From Trypanosoma brucei (Eukaryota), in assembly GCA_000002445.1 (NCBI GenBank), contig CP000071.1, forward strand, positions 1,824,001 through 1,888,000: a stretch of 64,000 nt of DNA, in the 5' to 3' direction. Shown here piece by piece: positions 49,114 through 60,086 of the stretch. The first letter of the stretch is position 1; each line of letters starts with the position of its first letter. The notes under the pieces are model-generated. The model searched no databases. It saw only the letters and a program-made list of their open reading frames with translations, and was not told the DNA's origin. A program made the translations under genes and the position numbers.

Positions 49114-52100
49114 ATGGGTTGTGGTGCCTCCAGCAGGGTTGTGGAATCCGATGACAGGGAACGGCATAAATCACCACATTCCGCAGCCGAATGTTCGCCT
49201 AAGCTGGGCGCCGCTGAGGTTTCCCCTAACGCCAAACTCAAGGAGGTTCCGTCTGTTTCAACAAGCGTCATCGAAGGCCTGAAAGGACACCAGGGGACCT
49301 TCGTCATGTCGAAGTTCTCCAATGATAGCATGACTACAAGCGCATCGTATCTCAATCAACCAAACACCAACGAGGCTTTACCTCCCATCCAAACCGCAGA
49401 AGCTTCCTTTGCTCCGTCGGACGCCGCTGACTCCACAAGGGGAAATGGGAGATCGCCCTTCGCGTCGAATTTTACCGACAGCAATGTGGCTACCAGTTTT
49501 CTTAGAATCCCGCATTTAAACAGTGAGGTTGATTCGGACGCGAGGTTTAGCAGCAACGCATTTGAAAGCAGATGTCGTTCCGGCTCTGTGGTGAGCACTG
49601 GCGTGTGCAACGTACCCATACTTCCAACATTTTCCCACTGCAATAGCAGGGATTCACGTTTTCAAAGCCCATGTGGAGTAAATAGGTGTGACTCTTACAG
49701 TCCAACGGCTCGTCCTCATGAATGTTCACGCCGCTGTGGTTGGGGGGAGTACGAAACGCTGAGACGACTCAGTATTAATAACAGCATGGACGGCACTAAC
49801 GGCACCATAGCAGACACAGCAACTACAGCCAGCAGCGTAGAACACTCCAATAATTATGCGGGGCATCGTTATAGTTTCATAGGGACGGACTGTGGGTGTA
49901 GCAGCCTCTTTTATGACCCATGTGAGAGGTGCAGCCGTTGTATACTCGACACGGAGGCGGTGTACCGATGCGATTTATGTATGCTGATCTTCTGCACTGA
50001 CTGCCATGCGGAAATTGGGGCGGCACTGCACAGACACAAGCTAACAAGCTTCAGGCGCGCCGTAAATAGCAATGTGACTGACTCATTCCTCATCAACAAG
50101 GGGAGAAATAGGGACGGGAACAAAGTAATCAATGAATATGTGGTGATAAAGGTGCTTGGAAGGGGGTCACACGCGAAAGTTAATCTCGTGCAGCACCACC
50201 AGGATCGTACGTTTTATGCAGTGAAAATATTGCGATGTGACCGTACCAAAAAAATACATCATGGGATCGTTTCGAAGTCCAGCACCGCCAGTGATGATGA
50301 CCTTCTGCGCGAAATCGCGGTTATGAAGTTTGTATCACATCCCAATCTCATAAAACTGAAAGAGGTGATAGATGACGTTGAATCGCATAAGGTGTACGTA
50401 ATCATGGAATACTGTGCCAAGGGACCAGTTCATGTTCACGGTGAGCCGCCGCTACCCCCAGAGAAGGTGAGAAAATACGGATGTGACATACTATCCGGCC
50501 TGTTGCAACTCCACGCACAGTATCTTTATCACTGGGATATTAAACCGGCCAATTGCCTTGTTGACGACAATGACGTCGCGAAGATAGCTGACTTTGGTGC
50601 TTGCGGTAGCTCGACGCGAACCTGCAAGGTTGGCGGCACTCCCGCATACAGCTGCCCCGAACAGTTTGCTGGAACGCATATTGGAGGCCATGTTGCAGAT
50701 AGTTGGGCTTTTGCCATGACGTTATATCAAATGTCACATGGCACCCTCGCGTATAGCACTACCTCCATTTCCAGCTTGAGGGACAGTATGCTAGATCCAA
50801 CACCGCTACCCATTCAAGAAGGAGTAGAGCCCGAGTTGAAGGACTTATTGCGCCGAATGTTAAATAAGGATATGTCGCAGCGAATGATGCTACACGATGC
50901 TATGAAGCACTCGTACTTCAGTGGATATGTGACGCAAAGTTATACAACAGTCGAGCCTTCCAATGAGTCAGCGGGGTGCATCACGGAAGACTTGTACGCC
51001 CGTGCACAGCAAGCAGTGCTTCGAGGGAAACGGGTCGGTGATTTCTTTCATGGCGTGCAGTTTGTGCGCAGAATACGCCGAATGATGGTTCGTCATATCA
51101 ACACGCACGACGTGGACGATGAAGATGATTTTTTCCCTGAACTCCCAGAGGCATCCTCATTGGAGAGTACCCAACGTTTAGTGACCAACGAAGCTGACAT
51201 ACACGAAGTGCATAAGATAGTCAGTAGTTTCGTCGGGGATGCTGTGAGAGGAGCGCTTCGAATTGACGGAATCCTCATGACTACACTTCATTCCTTCGTA
51301 GCGGAGGCGGCACCGTTGGTTTCGAAGCTGTGTTGCAGCAATAACAAGCTCACGTGTGTGGGAACAGTTGATTTCTCGAAGTTTCAACACCTTCGCGTGC
51401 TGCAGATTTGTGAAAACTCGCTCAGGCAATTTCCACTGGATGTTCTCCACGCCCCTAGGTTACAGTTCCTGGATTTATCTCACAATCATATCAAAGACAT
51501 ACCGCCCGCGCTCACCTGCGCCCGGGAACTTCAAACATTGTGCATGAACCACAACCAAGTGGCATACGTGGGTTGTAACGAGTGCGGTGCATCCGTCCTC
51601 TCAGGAGAATCTATGCAAAAGGTGGTGCTGACTGCCAACCCATTGCGCCATCTACCAGCTGAGATCACATCATGTTCCAAGTTGGAGTTAATTTTAGACG
51701 ATGCCCCATCGCTGTTGGAAGAGTGGTATGCATCAATTAATCAGTCGACAAGTGTGAGTATTACGTGGAACGACATTTATCCTTGTCGAGTATACCCCGA
51801 GGTGCCACTCTTCGTTGCTTCTAAAAGCATTAAACTATATAACTTGACTATACTAGAGGCACTCGGCACGCGTAATGTTGTGTTGACACAATTCGAGTCG
51901 TGGCTCCCCACAGGTGAAGTGAATTCTGCTGCAATGGAAGAGCACGTTCGACGCCGGCAGAAGGAGTCAGTGAGGGTTAATGGAAATGATAGCGAATGTG
52001 AAATTCGCTCGCCAGTCGTTAGAAAGACGGCAATGAATGTCGGGGATTGTCTTCCCATACCGAATATTCTCTCTAAATCAGTTTGTCGGTTCCTCCATAG

Positions 52101-52353
52101 TTACTTTATATTGGAAGAGAAAACCTCCTATACAGTATCTGCCTACGGAGCTCTCAAGAATTATCTCACAACATGTCTCGGTAGAAATGAAAGTGTTGTT
52201 GTATTTCTCGATGAGCGGAGGGATTCACAAAATACCCGTGATACAATTGTTGCAGTTTTGTGTGAAGTACTGATGGCTGCGAAAGGGGGTAAGAGAACAC
52301 TGAGTGGTTGCATCAGCGATGTAGTTGATGCGACGCGGGGGCTCTACGCGTGA
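49114..52353 (+). CDS. Ser/Thr protein kinase with N-terminal acylation motif, Cys-rich B-box-like region and C-terminal leucine-rich repeats
   Basis: The track start at 49096 is a GTG. The first ATG at 49114 gives MGCGASS. Kinase subdomains: LGRGSHAKV (Gly loop), YAVKIL (VAIK), HWDIKPANCLV (catalytic loop), ADFGAC (DFG), YSCPE (APE). The upstream Cys/His cluster is CERCSRC...CDLCMLIFCTDCHAEIGAALHRH. The C-terminal LRRs are LDLSHNHIKDIPPAL and LCMNHNQVAYV. Confidence 0.8.
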   Translation: MGCGASSRVVESDDRERHKSPHSAAECSPKLGAAEVSPNAKLKEVPSVSTSVIEGLKGHQGTFVMSKFSNDSMTTSASYLNQPNTNEALPPIQTAEASFAPSDAADSTRGNGRSPFASNFTDSNVATSFLRIPHLNSEVDSDARFSSNAFESRCRSGSVVSTGVCNVPILPTFSHCNSRDSRFQSPCGVNRCDSYSPTARPHECSRRCGWGEYETLRRLSINNSMDGTNGTIADTATTASSVEHSNNYAGHRYSFIGTDCGCSSLFYDPCERCSRCILDTEAVYRCDLCMLIFCTDCHAEIGAALHRHKLTSFRRAVNSNVTDSFLINKGRNRDGNKVINEYVVIKVLGRGSHAKVNLVQHHQDRTFYAVKILRCDRTKKIHHGIVSKSSTASDDDLLREIAVMKFVSHPNLIKLKEVIDDVESHKVYVIMEYCAKGPVHVHGEPPLPPEKVRKYGCDILSGLLQLHAQYLYHWDIKPANCLVDDNDVAKIADFGACGSSTRTCKVGGTPAYSCPEQFAGTHIGGHVADSWAFAMTLYQMSHGTLAYSTTSISSLRDSMLDPTPLPIQEGVEPELKDLLRRMLNKDMSQRMMLHDAMKHSYFSGYVTQSYTTVEPSNESAGCITEDLYARAQQAVLRGKRVGDFFHGVQFVRRIRRMMVRHINTHDVDDEDDFFPELPEASSLESTQRLVTNEADIHEVHKIVSSFVGDAVRGALRIDGILMTTLHSFVAEAAPLVSKLCCSNNKLTCVGTVDFSKFQHLRVLQICENSLRQFPLDVLHAPRLQFLDLSHNHIKDIPPALTCARELQTLCMNHNQVAYVGCNECGASVLSGESMQKVVLTANPLRHLPAEITSCSKLELILDDAPSLLEEWYASINQSTSVSITWNDIYPCRVYPEVPLFVASKSIKLYNLTILEALGTRNVVLTQFESWLPTGEVNSAAMEEHVRRRQKESVRVNGNDSECEIRSPVVRKTAMNVGDCLPIPNILSKSVCRFLHSYFILEEKTSYTVSAYGALKNYLTTCLGRNESVVVFLDERRDSQNTRDTIVAVLCEVLMAAKGGKRTLSGCISDVVDATRGLYA

Positions 52354-53927
52354 TGGTCCGTATTCGTTTCGATAATATGCGGTGCCAAAGAGGGTAATGT
52401 AAAGAGAGAGAGGAGGGGAAACAAAAAAGCAACAAAGAGAAAAAATAATAATGATAATAACAATAAAAATGCGCGGTTTATTCAAGTGCAGTTTGCAAAA
52501 CGGTTGCGGTCGTATTGCTTTTCAGTTACCGTGGATGTGGAAGGGTTCCGCATCCGCATTCCCACTTTGTATGTGTATTTCTCAATGTGTATTTATGTGT
52601 TCATGTGTACGTTTATGTCTGTAGTCGCAGTTGATATGCAAGTTGGGAGCCATTTGGTTCTTGTGACTGCCGTTGGTCACCTTTATTTGTTTGTTTTTGC
52701 GTAATGTGCCTGTTGTTTTTTGTTTTGTTTTTGTTTTTGTTTTGTATCTTTTCCCTTCCACCTCCACCTGTCGCACGCCTCTCTTTTATTTATTTACCTA
52801 TTTTTGTTTGTATCGAGTGATTTGTGACGAAACGCTGTCCTTTATCGTGAGGGGTTCTTGTTTTGTTTTTTTTTTGCATTTACTATGGAGAAGTGAATCA
52901 AAAGGAAAATAAGAGCAAAGGTAAAGAAAAGTGTATCGAGGAACAAATACTGCATGTACACCTGTTGTATTTGTGTTTATTTTACTTATTATTTTTTTTT
53001 GGCATTTTATCATTTTAGTGCGGAGGGCACGGTGCGGTGTGGTGTGATGTGTCCCACGAGCCTGGGTAACATATATATATTTATATATATTATTGTCATT
53101 AAAAATACAACTATATGTTACACATGTATTCCAGAAAGAAATTGAAATGAAAGGAAAAAGAGGGGAAGAATAAGTGCATGTATTGCACAATACCACATCC
53201 ATTTATTTGTTTGGTTTATTTGCCTTGAGCGTCACGGAGAATAAATGTTTAAAGTGTTAGTGTGTGTGTGGGGGGGGGGGTATTGTTATTATTGTGTGAA
53301 GAGGACATATTTGTGTAATGACGTCTAGTGAGATGATGTAAGTCCTTTTATGTATTTAATTTAATTTAATTTATCTTCCCTTGAACCACGATGTGTTTCT
53401 CTCTGCTCTTCACTTCACGTTTACAATTGGCGAGTGCTTTCCTTTTTCTTTGCTCGTATGCGCTACTGTGTGCGTGTGCGTAATATGTATGTCCCCCGTT
53501 TTTTTCTTTCGTTAGTTTTATTTATTTGTTTTTCCCTTTGAGCGTTTACGAAAACAAAAGAAAATAAGTAAGTAATCGTGTCGGCGCGCACTTGGTTTCG
53601 ATCGGACGATGTTAAAAGAAAGTGAAAGGATTTTTTATTTGTTGCTCACGTCTGTGTTCGTGTGAATTCTAGACAATTTTTTTTTTATTTTTTTGCTTGA
53701 ATGAAAGAGAGAATAGTAGAGCGCGACAGGAACGAATCGAGATAAAGGGTTGTTGTTGTTGTTTTTTTCCAAGTGTGAGTTAATAAAATACAAACACGAC
53801 TCGTTACTTTATTATAATTTCCCTTCCCTCTTCATCCCTTCCTCCTCAGTGTTGATACACGTGTGTTTTATCATATTTTTTTTATTAATATTATATTTAT
53901 TTACTTCGATTACTTTAATTTTTTAAA

Positions 53928-53943
53928 GTCACGCATGCGTGAC
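53928..53943. other. Perfect 16-bp palindrome GTCACGCATGCGTGAC in an AT-rich intergenic spacer
   Basis: I reverse-complemented it by hand and it is identical to itself. It is GC-rich (62%) within a <30% GC context. Confidence 0.9.
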
Positions 53944-56337
53944 GCGGTGCACTACGACTTATTTGCATAATATATATATTATGTGTTATATCTTGATATG
54001 AATATTTATGTGCGCGTACGTTGAATTATTATTATTATACGAGTGTGACGAACATATAACGGAGTGAAGTGAAACAAGCCCGCATGTGTCAACCCAAATT
54101 GCAGCACTTTAACACGACTAATATAATGATAATAATAAATATTATTATCATTATTGTTATTAACGCCGGGGCTAACTGTTGCTGCAGCCCCGGATCCTAT
54201 CTTATCGTCGTATATGTTTATCTTTTTACTTTTCTTTTTTTTAAAAAAAAAGATAATAAAGCAGTATTTATATATAAGTTCTTCCCTCCAGATTATTTTT
54301 TGTTACCTTCTTTTTAATTATTATTATTATTATATATATTATCTCCTCTTTTCCCTTTCATTCAATCTCATTATCAACATCATTGCTGTTAACAACATTT
54401 CTTTTATGTGTTTATGTTTACTTCTTACGTATTCGTTTCGTGCTCACTTGAGTTTATGGGTGAATTAACCAGACTGGTGTTTTGTATTTGTTTATGTAAG
54501 TGTGTATAATTTAAAGAAGAAAATGGTTGAAATATGAATAAAGATATAAATATTTGAATGAATAAATAAATAAATATATGCGTGTGTATGTGTATGTGTA
54601 TGTGTCATCCATTACTTTTTGGTCTCCGCGTGGTGGTTGAGGAATGAGAGAAAAATTAAAAAATTAATAGAGAGAAAAGTGTACAGGTATCTGAGAGAAT
54701 GCATTGATTTGATCCTATGAGGTGCATTTTGTTATATAAACTCAATTGCGTATGTATGGGAACGGGAGGGAGTGAAAAGCCTGATTTCTTTCAATAAATA
54801 AATATATAATATGATATGAAAGTTATTTGTTTCTTTTTTTTTCTATTATTATTATTTTGCAATACTTACATCGTTTCGTTATATGTGTTTGATCCCTTCA
54901 CTATCCCTCTCATTCAAACTCCCACAACTTTTCTTCGGGCCATCAACCCTCCACTTAAATATGTCACTTCTTCGTTTTATTTTTGTTTTGCTCATAACCT
55001 GCTGCTGTTTTGGGGTTTTTATTCATTTTATCTGCTCAATTTATTCATATTCGCTTCTCTTCTATTCTATTTTTGTTTCTTTCTTTTCTTTTTTTTTTGT
55101 CGTTTGACATTTCTTTTTCGTTCTTATTGCTGTTAGGTACCCGCAATTGTTTTAGTTTGTATTTCACTCACCTCGCCAGAGCGGCATCTTCTTATTTTGT
55201 TTTATTAGTTCGCTCCCCCTCATTGTCTCTCCTTGGCTTTTCAGCTACTCCAAGAGACAAACAAGAAACAAAAAAAAAAGAACAGAACAGAACAGAAAAA
55301 AATATATTATTAAAAACAAAAACAAAAGCAAAAAAAGAAAGTAAAAGGGTCACTTTATCTTTTTGTAAACTTCTTCACTTTGATTTCCACTTGTAATTAA
55401 TTGACCTTTCTGTTTCATAGTTCCTGCTCCCTTGTACCTGTTTATTATTATCATTATTACTAGTAGTGTTTGTATTGTTGCGGCTTATTTGCCTTCACGC
55501 TAGTAACTTCGAACCGTTGACGCACGGATCTCATTGATTGATTGGGGAGATATATATATATATATATATATTCTTCCCTATCAAAAATTAAAAAAGAAGG
55601 AAGAGAAAAGAGTATATATTGTTATATAAAGGATTTTAACAACTAAAAGTAAACAAAAGGAGGAAGGGAACCCCGGCGTTTGTTATCAACATACGACGAC
55701 ACGTGAATTCAAGCAAACACCACATATATATTCCCTCCGTTTTTTTGTAAGTTTTTTTTTTTGCCTTTTGGTTTTGGTTTTTTTCTTAAAACAAATCAGA
55801 AGAAAAGGCAAGGAGGCTAATTGAAAAGAAAATACCAAATCGGAATAAATAGGTAAAGGGAGGGTCAAAAAAAAAAAAAAGAACAGGAGAACAAAAAAAA
55901 GGGAAATACCCTTAGTTTTTGGTGAAGTGAGAGAGCCCTGTAGTTTCATTTTTTTTTTTCAAATATATATCACGAAGCGGTACAGCGAAAGGGAAAGGAG
56001 AAGAAGAAGAAAGACTTTATCGAGTTTTTTTTTTCGTTTGCTTTATATCACTTTTGTCGTTGTTTTGTCCTGAGGTGCTTGGACGCGTAGTGCGAAAGAA
56101 ATTAATTTCAGAAGGGAAACCGAATCGACAGGTAGCAGATAAGCCCATTTGCTGTTGTTTTACATCTTTTTAATTCACTCCGTTACTTGTAGAAGCAGAG
56201 GGTCGTGGTTGACTTGTTTGTGGTTTTTTTTGTTTGTCTGTTTTCTTGTTATTGTGTGTGAGTGCATTTGTGCGTTGTAAACTGTTGGCGGGTGAACGAA
56301 AAAATAAATCAATAAATAAAGGAACGGATAGGGGTAG

Positions 56338-57957
56338 ATGAACTTCGAGTTGAGCATCAACACCCCTACGCGTCCCACGCGTTGGGTTTCCAACGAAACG
56401 CCATCACCTCCGGTGAACATTTCCTTCTCGACTCCGGACCGTTTCATTTCCGATCGGAATTCACAGGATAATTCCATATCACATTTCTTCCTCACAACAA
56501 AAGAGAATGTTGTGCCACTGCGTACCGCGTCAGGTCAGAGGGCCCATTCCTCAGTGATGGTGACGCCGCCAAATCGTGGCACGACGGGTGGTGGTGGTGG
56601 TGGGGCCTCTGCTCCACCCGTCTTTGGTGGTGGCGGCGGCAGTAGTGGTGGTGGAAGCCCCAGCAAATCTGCCAAACGCGCCGCTCAATGTAGTTACACA
56701 TGTGCACCAGAGCTCGGTACGGAACCATACACAAATAAACTTGCCCGTACACTTTTCCCGGGCACCCAGTCTACTGTTTTGGGGATTAACAGTCAGGTGC
56801 AACCGCGGCCCGCACCAGAAACAGAGCAGGAGCGGTACAGCAACTCGCTGGGTGTGGTATTCGAGGAAAATCGGGCAAGGAATTTTATGTCAAGAACGTT
56901 CCGGGTTATATCGCGAGCTCCAGAGCGTATTCTCGACGCGGTGGATATGATAGACGACTTTTACCTTCAGCTCATGGATTGGTCCGCAAAGGACGTCCTC
57001 GCTGTGGGGTTGCAAGGGTCTGTCTACCTGTGGTATGAGAAAACATCTAACATTGCGCAGCTCCCGTGCCAACGACCAGCCAACGGGATCATTTGCGGTG
57101 TTAGTTGGAGTGAGGATGGAAATCACTTGGCCCTGGGCGCTGACGACGGCTCAGTGGAGATTTGGGATGTAGAGGCGGAGCGCATTACACGCCGATTGCA
57201 TCACCACACGGATCGTGTGGGGGCTCTCTCATGGAATGGAAGCGTCCTTTCAAGCGGCAGCAAGGACACAACCATTCGTATTAATGATCTACGGGACCCT
57301 CTAGGCACATGGACGCTGCAGGCTCACCGGCAAAGTGTGTGTGGTTTGCGCTGGTCACCTGATGGATTGCGCCTGGCAAGTGGTGGAAACGACAATCAAC
57401 TTCTGCTCTGGGACATGCGCACTTTATCCATGAACTCAACACCCTCCATGTTACTCAATAAGCACACAGCAGCGGTAAAAGCAATTGCGTGGAATCCAGT
57501 GCAACACAATCTTCTGGTTAGTGGCGGCGGTTCTGATGACAAGATGTTGCGCTTCTGGAACACGTCGACCGGTGAGTGCATAAGCAACTTTAACGCAGAA
57601 AGCCAGGTGTGTGGCGTACTGTGGAACCATGGCGGTACAGAACTTGTAAGTTCCCATGGCTATTCCCACAATCGCCTTACAATTTGGAAGTACCCAACGA
57701 TGCGGCGCGTTGCGGACTTGGCAGGGCATACGTCACGTGTTCTGCACATGTGCATGTCAACTGATGGGGAGGTGGTGGTATCCGCAGCAGCTGATGAGAC
57801 AATTAGGTTTTGGCGTTGCTTCTCCCCATGCGAACAAACAAATTACTGCCGAACCCGACACGAGAGCCATCGTGACCCGAATTGCGTACCACCCGGACTG
57901 GGGGTAAATGCGCTTCAGTTGGACACAAGCCTGCGTGATGAGCTCCCCTTGCGCTGA
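56338..57957 (+). CDS. CDC20: CDC20/Fizzy-family APC/C co-activator (WD40)
   Basis: The ORF starts with ATG. The C-box-like motif is DRFISDR. The diagnostic block is RILDAVDMIDDFYLQLMDWSAKDVLAVGLQGSVYLW, followed by a 7-bladed WD40 propeller. The N-terminus has a poly-Gly stretch. The C-terminus ends ...LPLR. Confidence 0.85.
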   Translation: MNFELSINTPTRPTRWVSNETPSPPVNISFSTPDRFISDRNSQDNSISHFFLTTKENVVPLRTASGQRAHSSVMVTPPNRGTTGGGGGGASAPPVFGGGGGSSGGGSPSKSAKRAAQCSYTCAPELGTEPYTNKLARTLFPGTQSTVLGINSQVQPRPAPETEQERYSNSLGVVFEENRARNFMSRTFRVISRAPERILDAVDMIDDFYLQLMDWSAKDVLAVGLQGSVYLWYEKTSNIAQLPCQRPANGIICGVSWSEDGNHLALGADDGSVEIWDVEAERITRRLHHHTDRVGALSWNGSVLSSGSKDTTIRINDLRDPLGTWTLQAHRQSVCGLRWSPDGLRLASGGNDNQLLLWDMRTLSMNSTPSMLLNKHTAAVKAIAWNPVQHNLLVSGGGSDDKMLRFWNTSTGECISNFNAESQVCGVLWNHGGTELVSSHGYSHNRLTIWKYPTMRRVADLAGHTSRVLHMCMSTDGEVVVSAAADETIRFWRCFSPCEQTNYCRTRHESHRDPNCVPPGLGVNALQLDTSLRDELPLR

Positions 57958-59489
57958 GGAAGCCCGAACGCGTCACGGCTCTGGATCGTCATCTGACGCT
58001 ATACGTATATGTTTTTAAATACATGACAAGGATATCAGGGCGTAAAATATTCATTAAAAGGAAGAGAAACGGTGACATCAGGAAATGGAGGTGAATTGCT
58101 TTAAAGTTTTGTACAGTAATGTTGGAGTGTTAGGCCACTTGGAAGGGGAGCGCGCGGAAAAGTGGTGAAAGCAACGAAAGAAGGAAGAGGAGGGGGTTTG
58201 TATCGTTGAATGGCGAGTGGGAAATTGGAAGGGCTGAGAGGAATGATTGCACGGCGAGGAGAAGGAGAACGGAGCGGAATCTGAACTTTCAGTGCCCCAC
58301 CCTTCCCTTCCCTTCCTGAACCGCATCCCCCAATTCCCACTCGCAAGGGAGCATGCAAAAGCGTACAATTGTATATATGTACATATAAATGACTGTATGG
58401 GCTGTATAGGTGATTGTAAAGATCAATGTCTATATATATATATATTTATATTTATATTGTCTATGACATTTGCGCGTATGTGGCTGAGTGTGTGGAATGC
58501 GGTCAATGTGCCAATGATTGTCGCCCGTTTTTAAAAACTCCCATTAACTCATCCCATGCATTCCACATTTTCTTACCACGCTCCCAAACGTTAGCTTTCT
58601 CTCTCATCATGTTTTCTGCTCATGTTGAACTTGTACCTGTACGTTTCTTTTTAAAATAAAAAAAATGTGGTACCTTACAGCTCAAATTGTATTGAAGAAA
58701 ATGGAGAAGGGAATTCGAAAGGAGGCAGAGCAATGAAACAAGAAGCAGACGGATGAGATGCAAAGGAAGGAGTGGAAGAGAAGCGGGAAGAGACGAGAAA
58801 CGACCATATACACACACACACACATATATATATGTGTGTCGGTGTGTGTTTGTATATGTATATGTATTTTTCCAAATGAGTGAAATAATCGTGGATAACG
58901 CGATGCGTTACGAGTGTTGTTGGGTGAAGAAGTATAGTATGTGACTCTGCGCGTGCGGACTTTTGAGGAACTACCTAATTTTTTCTTTTTTTTCAGGTAC
59001 TAAGACATGGAGATGTATCATCACCTTGTGGTCGTTATTGTCTTAGGTGCTTCTATTTTTGTTTAATTTCTTTGTGGATACCTCGTTCTCGTTCTTTGCT
59101 ACGTTAAAAAGTATTTCGGACCTTCATTCGCCCCTCCTTCCAAAAACGCGTATTCCTTTCGAACGCGAAAAGGAAGGAGGGGCCGCGGGTGGTAGTTCCC
59201 TCTTTCTATTTCCATCCCACCCTTCTGACTTTTTAAAAAAAAAAAGTTGGTATGCTTCAGAGCCATCAGAGTGGCACCATGAAAAATGGGCGTATCATTA
59301 CACACTCACTTCACGCGCTGGTGGGATCTCTCCCCTTTATCTTGTTTGTTCATTTATTAACCCTTTGCCGCATTGCATCACAAAGCGGCGTGTTGTTGGC
59401 AACGAGGGAAAGGTGAGAAGAGGGAAGTTGAGTGTAGGGGCATACATACGGGAGGAAAGAAAAGGGACGAAGGTAAAGGGGGGAAGCAA

Positions 59490-60086
59490 ATGCTCTCACG
59501 CATCAAGAGGCAGCAAGAGGAGGCGCAGGCGGCCACCAGGTCTGGTGGTGAAAGCGCAATAAATCAACCGGGGCAGAAAGAATCCATGGCTGTTTTACGC
59601 CTCAAAAATGATTTAGACAATTTAGACGGTATTTGCAGCAAGGTTGTGATTCCCGATCCAGATAACATGCTGCGGATGAAGGTCACCGTCCGTCCATCCC
59701 GGCCTTCCATTTGGCATGGAGGATTCTTCGATTTCCTTCTAGAGTTCCGTGAGGAATACCCGTACGAAGGCCCAAGAGTGCGGTACGTGGGGCCCAACCG
59801 AGTGTGGCATCCGAACATTGAGGGAAGTGAATTTGCTGAAAAGGAAGGTATGGAGAAGGCATCACGAAAGACGGAGTGGAGTGTTTGTCTAAGTTTCCAG
59901 ACGGATTGGAAACCAACTTTCAGTCTTCGTGATGTTATTATCATGATTGAACTCCTCTTCCAAGATCCCAACCCTGATGATCCGCTACACGGAACGTCAA
60001 AACAGGCGGCACAGATGATGAAAGACGACCCTGTGAGGTTTAGGACGAAGGCTCGTTACTGGATGAGTGGGCATTATATCGACTGA
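59490..60086 (+). CDS. UBC12: NEDD8-conjugating enzyme UBC12/UBE2M-like E2
   Basis: The track start at 59373 is a TTG. The first in-frame ATG is at 59490. The UBC core is YPYEGPRVRYVGPNRVWHPNIEGSE. The active-site region is VCLSFQTDWKPTFSLRDVIIMIELLFQDPNPDDPLHGTSKQAA, collinear with UBE2M [42 protein letters not shown]. Confidence 0.75.
   Translation: MLSRIKRQQEEAQAATRSGGESAINQPGQKESMAVLRLKNDLDNLDGICSKVVIPDPDNMLRMKVTVRPSRPSIWHGGFFDFLLEFREEYPYEGPRVRYVGPNRVWHPNIEGSEFAEKEGMEKASRKTEWSVCLSFQTDWKPTFSLRDVIIMIELLFQDPNPDDPLHGTSKQAAQMMKDDPVRFRTKARYWMSGHYID

Noticed and set aside
8611-60086. Apparent clustering of ubiquitin-pathway genes in one unit: PLAA at 8611-11271, CDC20 at 56338-57957 and UBC12 at 59490-60086
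   Set aside because: Kinetoplastid polycistrons are not functional operons and gene order is essentially unrelated to function. Three ubiquitin-related genes among ~29 is not remarkable.
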